Assembly (NCBI GenBank): GCA_043585115.1
Contig: CP121326.1
Coordinates: 370,618-434,617, forward strand
Direction: 5' to 3'
Source of the DNA: Marivita sp.
Lineage (GTDB): Bacteria > Pseudomonadota > Alphaproteobacteria > Rhodobacterales > Rhodobacteraceae
DNA length: 64,000 bases
Shown: in pieces, positions 41,023 to 50,101 of the stretch
Layout: every line of letters starts with the position of its first letter
Numbering within the stretch: position 1 is the first letter of the stretch
Made by a program: the position numbers and the translations under genes
The notes under the pieces: model-generated
What the model was told of the DNA's origin: nothing
The model's database searches: none
The model's input: the letters and a program-made list of their open reading frames with translations, nothing else

Positions 41023-41514
41023 TTAGCGGGCCGGAGCGCAGCTTGTTGTGAACATCTCGACCAGATCGCCGGTGCGGGCGTCAGACGTGGTCGGTGCGCA
41101 GCTTGTGGTGAACATCTCGACCAGATCGCCGGTGCGGGCGTCGGACGTGGTCGGTGCGCAGCTTGTGGTGAACATTTCGACCAGATCACCGGTGCGGGCA
41201 TCAGACGTGGTCGGCGCACAGCTTGTGGTGAACATTTCAACAAGATCGCCGGTGCGGGCGTCAGACGTGGTCGGTGCGCAGCTTGTGGTGAACATCTCGA
41301 CCAGATCACCGGTGCGGGCATCAGACGTGGTCGGCGCGCAGCTTGTGGTGAACATCTCAACCAGATCGCCAGTGTGAGCGTCCGATGTCGTGGGAGCACA
41401 GCTTGTTGTAAAAAGTGCAGTTGCATCGCCGCCATGCATGTCGGCGGTGGTTTCCGTGTTGCGCTGATTAACGTGAAGGTTTTCAATAAACTGGTGTTTG
41501 CGAACTGCGGTCAT
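41023..41514 (-). CDS. Tandem-repeat peptide protein (163 aa): leader + 7 x 20-aa units ending FTTSCAP; candidate multi-core RiPP precursor
   Basis: CAGGAGG RBS then ATG 41514: MTAVRKHQFIENLHVNQRNTE-[TTADMHGGDATALFTTSCAP]-[TTSDAHTGDLVEMFTTSCAP]-5x[TTSDARTGDLVEMFTTSCAP]-AR. Confidence 0.85.
   Translation of the reverse strand: MTAVRKHQFIENLHVNQRNTETTADMHGGDATALFTTSCAPTTSDAHTGDLVEMFTTSCAPTTSDARTGDLVEMFTTSCAPTTSDARTGDLVEMFTTSCAPTTSDARTGDLVEMFTTSCAPTTSDARTGDLVEMFTTSCAPTTSDARTGDLVEMFTTSCAPAR
41032..41451. repeat. 60-bp coding tandem repeat, 7 copies (6 near-identical, 1 diverged)
   Basis: Consecutive 60-nt lines from 41041 to 41400 align column by column; no unique spacers. Confidence 0.97.
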
Positions 41515-41608
41515 GTTGGCCTCCTGTGGCTTAGTTGATGACCGGACGCTGGCACGCAAGGGTTGTTATTGGAAAGATAAAAACCCGCTAAAGGTGTGTT
41601 TCAAAAAG

Positions 41609-41692
41609 TTATCCACATGAAGATACACGCATAGGTTGTTATGGATTCACGGCTCCCCGGCTTATCAACAGCGCGAAGAAATCTGGGGATAA
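41609..41692. promoter_or_regulatory. Cluster of DnaA-box-like sites
   Basis: TTATCCACA (41609-41617, perfect), TTATCAACA (41662-41670), TTATCCCCA on the minus strand (41684-41692). Confidence 0.5.
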
Positions 41693-41845
41693 CTTTTCTT
41701 GGAAGCATCCATTGTCTGACCACATGAGCCAAAACCCGGCAAGGACAACCAACTCAGTCCTAAAAATCCGATTTCGATTCGATCAGATCCCGGCTTGTAT
41801 GGGCTGGCCCTTCTTGGGATAGAGGGGACATCCGGGAGAACACTT

Positions 41846-42628
41846 ATGAAAATCGCCACGTTCAACATCAACGGTATCAAAGCCCGCCTGCCGGCCCTGA
41901 CCGAGTGGCTGAAAGACAGCGCACCGGATGTCGCGTTGCTGCAGGAAATCAAATCCGTCGATGACGCCTTTCCCCGAGAACCTCTGGAAGACTTGGGATA
42001 CACTGTCGAAACCCATGGTCAGAAAGGTTTCAACGGCGTTGCGATCCTTTCAAAACTGCCGCTTGAAGATGTGAGCCGTGGCTTGCCGGGTGATGACAGC
42101 GATGAACAAGCGCGCTGGATCGAGGCGACCGTGATCGGTGAGAGCGATGCAGTGCGGGTTTGCGGGCTGTATCTGCCCAATGGCAACCCTGCACCGGGAC
42201 CGAAATACGACTACAAGCTGGATTGGATGAAACGGCTTGAGGCCCGTGCGCAAAATCTCCTGGCAGATGAGATGCCCGCGCTGATGGCCGGTGATTATAA
42301 TATCATTCCCCAGACCGAGGACGCGGCGAAACCGGAACAATGGACCGAAGATGCCTTGTTCCGGCCAGAGTCGCGCGCAGCGTTTCGGCGGGTTCTCAAC
42401 CTGGGCTTCACCGAAGCATTCCGCGCCCGCACCCAAGGCGGCGGGCATTATTCGTTCTGGGACTATCAGGCTGGCGCATGGGAGCGAAACAATGGCATCC
42501 GCATTGATCATTTTCTGCTGACACCTTCCTGCGCCGATCTGTTGACCGACTGTTGGATCGAAAGCGCGGTGCGTGGACGGGACAAACCGTCGGATCATGT
42601 GCCTGTTTGGGTGTCGCTGACCGCATAA
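41846..42628 (+). CDS. xth: Exodeoxyribonuclease III
   Basis: MKIATFNING, LQEIK, YLPNGN, GDYNIIP, GIRIDH, PSDHVPV. Confidence 0.96.
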   Translation: MKIATFNINGIKARLPALTEWLKDSAPDVALLQEIKSVDDAFPREPLEDLGYTVETHGQKGFNGVAILSKLPLEDVSRGLPGDDSDEQARWIEATVIGESDAVRVCGLYLPNGNPAPGPKYDYKLDWMKRLEARAQNLLADEMPALMAGDYNIIPQTEDAAKPEQWTEDALFRPESRAAFRRVLNLGFTEAFRARTQGGGHYSFWDYQAGAWERNNGIRIDHFLLTPSCADLLTDCWIESAVRGRDKPSDHVPVWVSLTA

Positions 42629-42702
42629 GCGCAGAGCCTGCCTTGCGGAATACCCGACCCCGTCATACATCTTTGCAAAGTTCAATTACGGAGAGCAGCG
42701 TC

Positions 42703-42945
42703 ATGGCCATGCAAGCGCAGGAAATCGAAGACTTGATCCGCGCGGAATTTCCGGATGCCCAGATCACAATCACCGATCTGGCCGGGGACGGAAACCACTA
42801 TGCCGCCGAGGTGATCGACGAAAGCTTCAAGGGCAAGAACCGCGTGCAGCAGCAGCGTGCGGTATATGCGGCGCTCCAAGGCAAAATGGACGGATCGCAG
42901 GGCGAACTGCATGCATTGGCATTGACCACAAAAGCGCCTGCATGA
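42703..42945 (+). CDS. BolA/IbaG family protein
   Basis: DLAGDGNHY...FKGKNRVQQQRAVY...LHALALTT. Confidence 0.92.
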   Translation: MAMQAQEIEDLIRAEFPDAQITITDLAGDGNHYAAEVIDESFKGKNRVQQQRAVYAALQGKMDGSQGELHALALTTKAPA

Positions 42946-43064
42946 TGCCAGCCCGTCTTTGGAATATCATGATGATCCTGTTGATTGGGCCGTTCGCCTA
43001 TTTCGCCTGGAAGTCGGGCGGCGGGCATAACAGCAGCGCACCGTCCCAGACCGGCGCGACATGA
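42942..43064 (+). CDS. Small single-TM protein (40 aa)
   Basis: [40 protein letters not shown]; ATGA overlap with the bolA stop. Confidence 0.5.
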   Translation: MMPARLWNIMMILLIGPFAYFAWKSGGGHNSSAPSQTGAT

Positions 43065-43198
43065 TGGAATTCCTTTCGAACACATGGCCGATGTTTGCCG
43101 CAATAGGCCTTGTCACCCTTATAACTGTTGGCGCAACAATGCCGTATATCCGCAAGGACCGGAAACGCCGCGAAGAGATGGAGAAAGACAATGACTGA
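43061..43198 (+). CDS. Small single-TM protein (45 aa)
   Basis: [45 protein letters not shown]; ATGA overlap upstream, 8-nt overlap with the grxD start. Confidence 0.6.
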   Translation: MMEFLSNTWPMFAAIGLVTLITVGATMPYIRKDRKRREEMEKDND

Positions 43199-43553
43199 TG
43201 CAAAACAGATTATCGACGACACCGTCAAAGGCAACGACGTGGTGCTCTATATGAAAGGCACCAAGTCCATGCCGCAATGCGGGTTTTCCAGCAAGGTTGC
43301 AGGCGTGTTGAACTACATGGGCGTCGATTATGCAGATGTGAACGTGCTGGCGGACGAGAACATTCGTCAGGGCATCAAAGAGTACTCGGACTGGCCGACG
43401 ATCCCCCAGCTATACGTCAAAGGCGAATTCGTTGGTGGCTGCGATATCATCACCGAGATGACATTGTCGGGCGAACTCGATCAGCTGCTCGATGAAAACG
43501 GCGTGACATATGACAAGGACGCCGCAGAAAAAATTCGTGAAGCAAACGCCTGA
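43191..43553 (+). CDS. grxD: Monothiol glutaredoxin Grx4
   Basis: MKGT...[19 protein letters not shown]. Confidence 0.96.
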   Translation: MTDAKQIIDDTVKGNDVVLYMKGTKSMPQCGFSSKVAGVLNYMGVDYADVNVLADENIRQGIKEYSDWPTIPQLYVKGEFVGGCDIITEMTLSGELDQLLDENGVTYDKDAAEKIREANA

Positions 43554-43574
43554 GATCAGGCCTGTTGCAGAACC

Positions 43575-43608
43575 AAAAAGCGGCGCCGCATCGGACGCCG
43601 CTTTTTTT
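43575..43608. terminator. Bidirectional intrinsic terminator between grxD and zapA
   Basis: AAAAAGCGGCG-loop-CGCCGCTTTTTTT. Confidence 0.8.
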
Positions 43609-43625
43609 GTTTGGCCAACCCTGCC

Positions 43626-44018
43626 CTAGCCAATCTTTTCCTCGACATCCCGCGCCAAAGCTTCGGCCCGTGCCGCGATTTCCTGCAGCGACTCTGTCAC
43701 GTCGGTGGGCACTACGGGCACTTCGATACGTTCAGGCTGCGGCGGTGGTGCGTCTTGCAAGGCGCGGAGCTCTGACAGATAGGCCGCCGCGCGATCTTCG
43801 CATTCGCGCAGCTTGTCTTCCAGTCCGGCGGTTTTGTCTGCCAGCATCAAACCGGCCATCAAAAGCATACGTGCTTCAGGGATGCGCCCGACCTGTTGGG
43901 TCAAGACCTGTGCTTCGGTGTCAAGCATGCGGGCTGCGGATTGCAGGTATTGCTCTTCGCCTTCCTGACAGGCCACGTCAAAGCTGCGGCCACCGATGAT
44001 GATTTCGACTTCGGGCAT
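43626..44018 (-). CDS. zapA: Cell division protein ZapA
   Basis: IIIGGRSFDVACQEGEEQYL...RMLLMAGLMLAD. Confidence 0.9.
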   Translation of the reverse strand: MPEVEIIIGGRSFDVACQEGEEQYLQSAARMLDTEAQVLTQQVGRIPEARMLLMAGLMLADKTAGLEDKLRECEDRAAAYLSELRALQDAPPPQPERIEVPVVPTDVTESLQEIAARAEALARDVEEKIG

Positions 44019-44551
44019 CAGTTCGCCTCCTCGGATGCTGCGGCGGCTTCAAGCAACGGGGTCAATGACGCCACAATTGCACGGGTTTCGGCCGCTTCGA
44101 CAGAGCGCGCGGCACGCAGACCTTCCAGCTCTGCAAGCATCGCTTTGTTGATCAGGTGTGGCTCACCAACATTTTCAGCCAGTGCTTTGCGCAGCTCTTC
44201 ATTGGTGGCGCGCAGCATTTCGTTGGAATGGCGAAGCCGTTGCAGATCAAGATCAAGCGACGCAACATCGACTGTCGGCGTTGGCGCGGCGGCAGCTTTT
44301 GCGGCTTCAAGTTCCTGACGGTGGGTTTCGTGCAATTTGCGAACGCGCTCTTCCAACTGGGCATTTGCCAGCTTTTCTTCGTCAAGCGCCTCTTGCAGGC
44401 GGGCCACCTCTTCGGGCGCGATGCCCGGCTCTGCGGGTTCCGCGGGCATGGATGCGGCCTCTGCGGCGCGTTCTTCCAAGCGAACCACGCCCTGGGCGAC
44501 TCTGTCCAAAGCCGCCGTGATCCTGTGTTGCAACTCGTCAATTTGGGTCAT
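44018..44551 (-). CDS. Coiled-coil protein upstream of zapA (ZauP-like position)
   Basis: Heptad-rich 177-aa ORF; RITAALDRV...ALDEEKLANAQLEERV...INKAMLAELEGLRAAR; coupled to zapA. Confidence 0.75.
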   Translation of the reverse strand: MTQIDELQHRITAALDRVAQGVVRLEERAAEAASMPAEPAEPGIAPEEVARLQEALDEEKLANAQLEERVRKLHETHRQELEAAKAAAAPTPTVDVASLDLDLQRLRHSNEMLRATNEELRKALAENVGEPHLINKAMLAELEGLRAARSVEAAETRAIVASLTPLLEAAAASEEAN

Positions 44552-44789
44552 TTGCCTGATCCCCGTTTTGTTGTGCGTCCGACCGTGAAGCGAGGCCGCC
44601 AAACGCAATTTTCCGTGCTCTCGAAACGAATCGCTCCGTCCTCTTAATGTGAAAGTTTAACAATCCGCACCCGAAAATGCGCCCCCTTATGCACATCTGG
44701 CAAAGCCGTGCCGCTTGAACTCTGCGTTGACACTGGTATGAGCGCCCTCAAAGACCCATTTGCCCCCATTATGAAGGACGATACGGCCC

Positions 44790-46835
44790 GTGGATATCGA
44801 GACCCTCAAAGCCCAGAACCCTGACCATTGGAACAAGGCCACGGCAATCCGTGCGCTGACCTTGGATGCTGTCGCTGCTGCCAATTCCGGTCACTCGGGC
44901 ATGCCCATCGGCATGGCAGACGTGGCCACCGTGTTGTACCAGAACCATCTGAAATTCGATGCCGCACGCCCCGATTGGCATGACCGCGACCGGTTCATCC
45001 TGTCTGCGGGCCACGGGTCCATGCTGCTGTATTCGCTGCTGTACCTTTCGGGCGATCCCGAGATCACGCTGGACGAGGTCAAGAACTTTCGCCAGTGGGG
45101 CGCCAAGACAGCGGGTCACCCTGAAAACTTCCTCGCGCAGGCTATTGAAACAACAACTGGGCCGTTGGGTCAGGGCATCGCCAATTCAGTTGGCTTTGCG
45201 ATGGCCGAAGAAGCGCTGCGCGCGCGTTTTGGCAAAAAGCTTGTCGATCACCACACCTACGTGATCGCCGGCGACGGCTGCCTGATGGAAGGCGTCAGCC
45301 ACGAGGCCATCGGCATCGCTGGGCGTCAGGCGCTGTCCAGGCTCATCGTGTTCTGGGACAACAACAACATCACCATCGACGGCACGGTTGAATTGTCCGA
45401 CCGCACCGATCAGGTCGCGCGCTTTACAGCGGCGGGCTGGCATGTGCAGGAAATCGATGGTCATAACCCAGCCGAGATCGACGCGGCCATTGTCGCTGCG
45501 AAGAAAGACAGCCGCCCGTCCATGATCGCATGTAAAACCCATATCGCATTGGGCCATGCCGCTCAGGACACCTCGAAAGGCCACGGCGCCCTGACCAACG
45601 CGGATCAGAACGCCGAAGCCAAGGCGACTTGGGGCTGGACCACAGGCCCGTTCGAAGTGCCTGCCGACATCAAATCCGCTTGGGAAGAGATCGGTCGCCG
45701 GGGCGCAGCCGAGCGCGCAGAGTGGGAAAGCCGTCTGGCCTCCATGTCTGACTCCCGTCAGGCTGAGTTTGCACGCACCATGGCCGGTGACGCGCCGAAA
45801 AAGCTCTCATCGACCATCAAAGCGTTGAAAAAGCAGATCAGCGAAACCGCTCCGAAAGTGGCCACACGCAAAAGCTCTGAAATGGTGCTTGAGGTGGTCA
45901 ACCCAATCCTGCCCGAAACCATCGGTGGATCGGCTGACCTGACCGGATCGAACAACACCAAAACCGGTGATCTGGGCGTATTTGACGTGGACAACCGCAA
46001 GGGCCGCTATGTGTATTGGGGCATCCGTGAACACGGCATGGCGTCGGCGATGAACGGTATGGCGCTCCATGGTGGCATCCGTCCATACGGTGGCACGTTC
46101 ATGTGCTTTACCGACTACGCCCGTCCCGCGATGCGTCTGTCGGCCTTGATGCGCGTGCCAACGGTTTATGTCATGACCCACGATTCGATCGGGTTGGGCG
46201 AAGACGGCCCAACGCACCAGCCGGTTGAACATCTGGCGATCAGCCGTGCCACACCTAACACATTGGTGTTCCGTCCGGCCGACACTGTCGAAACAGCCGA
46301 GGCCTGGGAAATTGCGTTCACGCAAACCAAAACGCCGTCGGTTCTGTCACTGACACGTCAAAACCTTGCGACAGTGCGGACCGAGCACAAGACCAAGAAC
46401 CTGACCGCGCAAGGCGCGTATGTTCTGGCCGATGCAGAAGGCAAGCGTCAGGCGATCCTGATGGCGACCGGGTCTGAGGTAGAGATCGCGATGGCCGCAC
46501 GGGACATCCTTCAGGCCGAAGGTATTGGCACGCGGGTTGTGTCCATGCCCTGCTGGGAACTGTTCGAAGAGCAGGACGAGAAGTATCGCAAGCGTGTTCT
46601 GCCGGGTGGTCCGGTACGTGTCGCAGTTGAGGCAGGCATCCGCTTTGGCTGGGACCGGTGGCTCTTTGGTGAACGTGGCAAGCGTGAAAAGTCCGGATTT
46701 GTCGGCATGCACGGTTTTGGTGCGTCGGCACCTGCCGAGACGCTTTACGAAAAGTTTGGCATCACGGCAGACGCCGTGGCACAGAAAGTGCGCGATCTGG
46801 TCGAAGGCCGCTGGCAGGCCGACCCCCGCGTCTAA
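44790..46835 (+). CDS. tkt: Transketolase
   Basis: [49 protein letters not shown]. Confidence 0.98.
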   Translation: MDIETLKAQNPDHWNKATAIRALTLDAVAAANSGHSGMPIGMADVATVLYQNHLKFDAARPDWHDRDRFILSAGHGSMLLYSLLYLSGDPEITLDEVKNFRQWGAKTAGHPENFLAQAIETTTGPLGQGIANSVGFAMAEEALRARFGKKLVDHHTYVIAGDGCLMEGVSHEAIGIAGRQALSRLIVFWDNNNITIDGTVELSDRTDQVARFTAAGWHVQEIDGHNPAEIDAAIVAAKKDSRPSMIACKTHIALGHAAQDTSKGHGALTNADQNAEAKATWGWTTGPFEVPADIKSAWEEIGRRGAAERAEWESRLASMSDSRQAEFARTMAGDAPKKLSSTIKALKKQISETAPKVATRKSSEMVLEVVNPILPETIGGSADLTGSNNTKTGDLGVFDVDNRKGRYVYWGIREHGMASAMNGMALHGGIRPYGGTFMCFTDYARPAMRLSALMRVPTVYVMTHDSIGLGEDGPTHQPVEHLAISRATPNTLVFRPADTVETAEAWEIAFTQTKTPSVLSLTRQNLATVRTEHKTKNLTAQGAYVLADAEGKRQAILMATGSEVEIAMAARDILQAEGIGTRVVSMPCWELFEEQDEKYRKRVLPGGPVRVAVEAGIRFGWDRWLFGERGKREKSGFVGMHGFGASAPAETLYEKFGITADAVAQKVRDLVEGRWQADPRV

Positions 46836-46915
46836 AACAAGTTCAGGCGGCCTCGCATGTCGGGGCCGCCCACCTACTATGCATCGCCAGATAGCGGCGT
46901 GACGGTCACTTAACA

Positions 46916-47206
46916 TCATCCAACATGCGCGTCTCGCACGGACGGCCATGCCCGCTGCGACAGGCTAGGCGGAGCGCGCTGCACGATCAGACGCACCGGA
47001 TCGCGATTACAGAAGACCACCAGCTGGGCGCCATTTTCGACCAGTGTGAATCCACGTTTTTGCACCTCGTGCAGAAATGCATCGCGCCCGACGACCCGTT
47101 CCACCTCACAGGCGGATCGGTGGATTACACCGCCCCGCCCCACCGCTTTCGCGGAAAACACATCGCGGAGCCATGTGTCGGTATCAAGAATGCTTGGCAT
47201 CGTCAT
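46916..47206 (-). CDS. Conserved small Rhodobacterales hypothetical protein
   Basis: WLRDVFSAKAVGRGGVIHRS...VGRDAFLHEVQKRGFTLVENGAQLVVFCN. Confidence 0.75.
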   Translation of the reverse strand: MTMPSILDTDTWLRDVFSAKAVGRGGVIHRSACEVERVVGRDAFLHEVQKRGFTLVENGAQLVVFCNRDPVRLIVQRAPPSLSQRAWPSVRDAHVG

Positions 47207-47230
47207 GCATTCTGCATAGCGCTACCATCG

Positions 47231-47246
47231 TTAACACTGACTTAAC
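47231..47246. promoter_or_regulatory. CtrA binding site
   Basis: TTAA-CACTGAC-TTAAC matches TTAA-N7-TTAAC exactly, and also on the opposite strand; about 25 bp upstream of the 47206 start. Confidence 0.7.
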
Positions 47247-47251
47247 GCCGT

Positions 47252-48208
47252 TCAGACCCCTTTGGGCATGACGGCTGTCCAGATCGGCCCGATAACCTTG
47301 ACCCCGATCGGGATCAGGATCACGCCCCACGCAAGCCCGAGCACGAAATCAATCCCGGCGGTCACAGCCCATTCAACAAAGCCCTGCCCCTGCCCAATCG
47401 CAACGGCAGCGTGATGAATGGTATCTTCGGGCCAGTGCCAGCCCATCTGCGCGACCGAGTGCACAATGATCGATCCACCAACCCAAAGCATGGCTGCGGT
47501 GCCAACGACGGTCAGTGTCTTGAGCAACCAAGGCATGAATTTGACAATGCCGCGCCCTAACGCCCGTGTTAGTCCCAAACGCCCCACACGGCTCAGCCAG
47601 AGCCCCACATCATCCATTTTCACGATCACCGCCACGGCACCATAGACCGCCAAGGTAACCATGATCCCGACGACGGCCAGTGTTGCGCCCTGCATCCAGA
47701 TGTTGCCAGCTTCGATGACCGAAAGGGCAATGGTCATAATCTCGGCCGAGAGAATGAAATCGGTCTTGATCGCGCCTTTGATCTTTTCTTCTTCAAGGTG
47801 CAGCGGATCTTCAACGCTGTGGCTGCCATCCGGCCCGCCAGAGTGATCATCATGTGGCATCAGCACGTGAACGATCTTTTCGGCGCCTTCAAAGCACAAG
47901 TAACTGCCACCAAGGATCAACAAAGGCGGGATAAGCCACGGTGCAAAGGTCGACATCAGCAACGCTGCCGGAAGCAAAAACACCAGCTTGTTGATCAGAG
48001 ACCCGCGCGCAATGCGCCAGATGATCGGCAATTCGCGGGCCGGTTCAAACCCGTGCAGGTATTTCGGCGTCACCGCGGCGTCATCGATCAGAACACCTGC
48101 GGTTTTAGACCCGGCTTTGGCCGCCGCCGCGCCGATGTCGTCAATCGACGCCGCTGCGACTTTGGCAATCCCTGCCACGTCATCAAGAAGGGCCAATAGT
48201 CCACTCAT
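47252..48208 (-). CDS. DUF808/YedI family membrane protein
   Basis: LLALLDD, GVLIDDAAVTP, RELPII, GAIKTDFILSAEIM, VKMDDVG. Confidence 0.9.
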   Translation of the reverse strand: MSGLLALLDDVAGIAKVAAASIDDIGAAAAKAGSKTAGVLIDDAAVTPKYLHGFEPARELPIIWRIARGSLINKLVFLLPAALLMSTFAPWLIPPLLILGGSYLCFEGAEKIVHVLMPHDDHSGGPDGSHSVEDPLHLEEEKIKGAIKTDFILSAEIMTIALSVIEAGNIWMQGATLAVVGIMVTLAVYGAVAVIVKMDDVGLWLSRVGRLGLTRALGRGIVKFMPWLLKTLTVVGTAAMLWVGGSIIVHSVAQMGWHWPEDTIHHAAVAIGQGQGFVEWAVTAGIDFVLGLAWGVILIPIGVKVIGPIWTAVMPKGV

Positions 48209-48588
48209 ACCTGCGCTCCGCGTTTTGTGTTGTTCAAGACATAGCGCCCCGCGCCGTGCGCCGCCAGCACCAGGCACCCTCCGGCGATGGCCCAGTTCTT
48301 GACGAAGATGCTCATTTGCCACGGATCTGCGGGGATCAGATGGAATACGCTGGTCACCGCGCAATAGACCGCCAAGGCGACGGCCACCGGCCGCACCGCC
48401 CATCCGGCAATCAATGCCAGACCACAGACAGCGTTAAATGTCAGCGCAGGCCAGACCAGAATCGCAGGCAGACCAAACCCCGCCAACAGCGTCTGCGCAG
48501 GGACCGGATCGACGGCTTTCTGGATTGCGCCTGCCAGAAACAATACAGCGATCAGGCTGCGTCCTATCAAAACTGCCAGATCCATCAT
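48205..48588 (-). CDS. DoxX family membrane protein
   Basis: LIGRSLIAVLFLAGAIQK...FVKNWAIAGG...GAGRY; start approximate. Confidence 0.85.
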   Translation of the reverse strand: MMDLAVLIGRSLIAVLFLAGAIQKAVDPVPAQTLLAGFGLPAILVWPALTFNAVCGLALIAGWAVRPVAVALAVYCAVTSVFHLIPADPWQMSIFVKNWAIAGGCLVLAAHGAGRYVLNNTKRGAQV

Positions 48589-48777
48589 CCGCGCCATTTT
48601 TGCCAATTCCGCAACATCAACCCAGTGTTACCGCAAACCGTTCCAACACGTTAGCGCCATCATGCGCCACCGAGTCACCTTTTGCGCTAACATATTGTGA
48701 AACCATAGATTTTTACTTTGCGATTGCAGCATACATCCGTATACGGCAGGCAATCACACTGCGCAGGAGACACGCTC

Positions 48778-49782
48778 ATGACCGTCACTCTTGGAATCAA
48801 CGGGTTCGGTCGGATCGGCCGCTGCACCCTCGCCCATATCGCGGAAAGCTCGCGGAATGACGTACAGGTGGTGAAGATCAACGCGACCGGGCCGATTGAA
48901 ACCAACGCACATCTGTTGCGGTATGATAGCGTTCATGGCCGCTTTGGCGGTGAGGTTACGATCAAGGGCAACACAATGGATTTGGGCCGTGGTCCGATGG
49001 AAGTGTTTTCAACCTACGATCCTCAAGAGCTTGACTGGTCTGGTTGTGACGTCGTTCTGGAATGTACTGGCAAATTCAACGACGGCGCAAAAGCCAATGT
49101 GCATATGGAGCGCGGTGCGAAATCGGTCCTCATCTCGGCTCCTGCAAAGAATGTCCAGAAAACTGTCGTCTACGGTGTCAACCATCGGTCGCTCGTTGAA
49201 GGCGACACGATGATCTCGAACGGGTCTTGCACAACCAATTGCCTTGCCCCGCTGGCAAAGGTTCTGGACGAAGCACTTGGCATTGAATCCGGCATCATGA
49301 CGACCATCCACTCGTATACAGGTGATCAGCCGACATTGGACCGGCGCCATGCCGATCTGTACCGTGCCCGCGCTGCGGCAATGGCGATGATCCCGACCTC
49401 GACGGGCGCCGCCAAGGCATTGGGTGAAGTTCTGCCAAACCTGAAAGGCAAGCTTGATGGCTCTGCTGTGCGGGTGCCGACGCCGAATGTCTCTGCCGTT
49501 GATCTGACCTTCTACGCGGGCAAGGATGTGACAGTCGATGATGTCAATGAAGTGGTGCGCGAAGCGGCCGCAACGCATATGGGCACAGTTCTGGCCTACG
49601 ATCCCGAACCAAAGGTCTCGATCGATTTCAACCACACAACGCAATCGTCGATTTTTGCACCTGACCAGACCAAGGTGGTCGGTAAGCGCATGGTGCGTGT
49701 GCTGGCATGGTACGACAACGAATGGGGCTTCTCGGCGCGGATGGCAGATGTCGCCGGTGCCATGGGCCGGCTTCTTCACTGA
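48778..49782 (+). CDS. gap: Type I glyceraldehyde-3-phosphate dehydrogenase (paralog 1)
   Basis: [31 protein letters not shown]. Confidence 0.93.
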   Translation: MTVTLGINGFGRIGRCTLAHIAESSRNDVQVVKINATGPIETNAHLLRYDSVHGRFGGEVTIKGNTMDLGRGPMEVFSTYDPQELDWSGCDVVLECTGKFNDGAKANVHMERGAKSVLISAPAKNVQKTVVYGVNHRSLVEGDTMISNGSCTTNCLAPLAKVLDEALGIESGIMTTIHSYTGDQPTLDRRHADLYRARAAAMAMIPTSTGAAKALGEVLPNLKGKLDGSAVRVPTPNVSAVDLTFYAGKDVTVDDVNEVVREAAATHMGTVLAYDPEPKVSIDFNHTTQSSIFAPDQTKVVGKRMVRVLAWYDNEWGFSARMADVAGAMGRLLH

Positions 49783-49816
49783 TCCACAAAACGTCTCTGA
49801 CACCCATAATCTATCC

Positions 49817-49852
49817 AAAAGCCCGCGACGTCTTTGACCGTCGCGGGCTTTT
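49817..49852 (+). terminator. Intrinsic terminator
   Basis: AAAAGCCCGCGACG-loop-CGTCGCGGGCTTTT. Confidence 0.85.
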
Positions 49853-50101
49853 GTTTCCAAATTAAAACGCCGCCGTTGGCGCCCAATGTGGCGCGGTAGC
49901 ATAAGGTGCCCCTGCCGTTTTGCCTCAGGTCAAACCCAACGGCATGCTTGCACCAAAACCGGCGGTTTTTAGCTCTAAACCAAAGTTGGAGAGGCCCTGA
50001 ATTGAACTGCTGACCCATGTTTTCGCCCCCTTCGAGGTGCCAATCTAGGTCCATTGGCGCTGCATGTCGCAGCACCGCATGCCCCTTAAAGGAGACCTCC
50101 C

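Noticed and set aside
41048-41377. Plus-strand repeat ORF (NISTRSPVRASDVVGAQLVV)n and the alternative minus frame 40911-41486
   Set aside because: Shadow frames of the repeat. Only 41023-41514 has an RBS, a leader and co-orientation with the partner gene; the 40911-41486 frame shows missense variation between units.
41032-41451. 60-bp periodic array as a CRISPR array
   Set aside because: The whole 60-bp unit repeats with no unique spacers, variation is codon-synonymous, and no cas genes are present.
39838-41514. Assignment to a known RiPP class (graspetide, lanthipeptide, cyanobactin, ranthipeptide)
   Set aside because: No ATP-grasp, LanB/M/KC, YcaO, PatA/G protease or radical SAM gene is recognisable nearby.
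41560-41845. Chromosomal replication origin at the DnaA-box cluster
   Set aside because: Only three boxes, no clear AT-rich unwinding repeats, and none of the usual origin-flanking genes.
43554-43625. 6S RNA downstream of zapA
   Set aside because: Only about 70 bp is available and it is occupied by a terminator.
44644-44661. CtrA-like TTAA...TTAAC upstream of the zapA operon
   Set aside because: Spacer is 9 nt rather than 7; the similar site at 17719-17735 has 8 nt.
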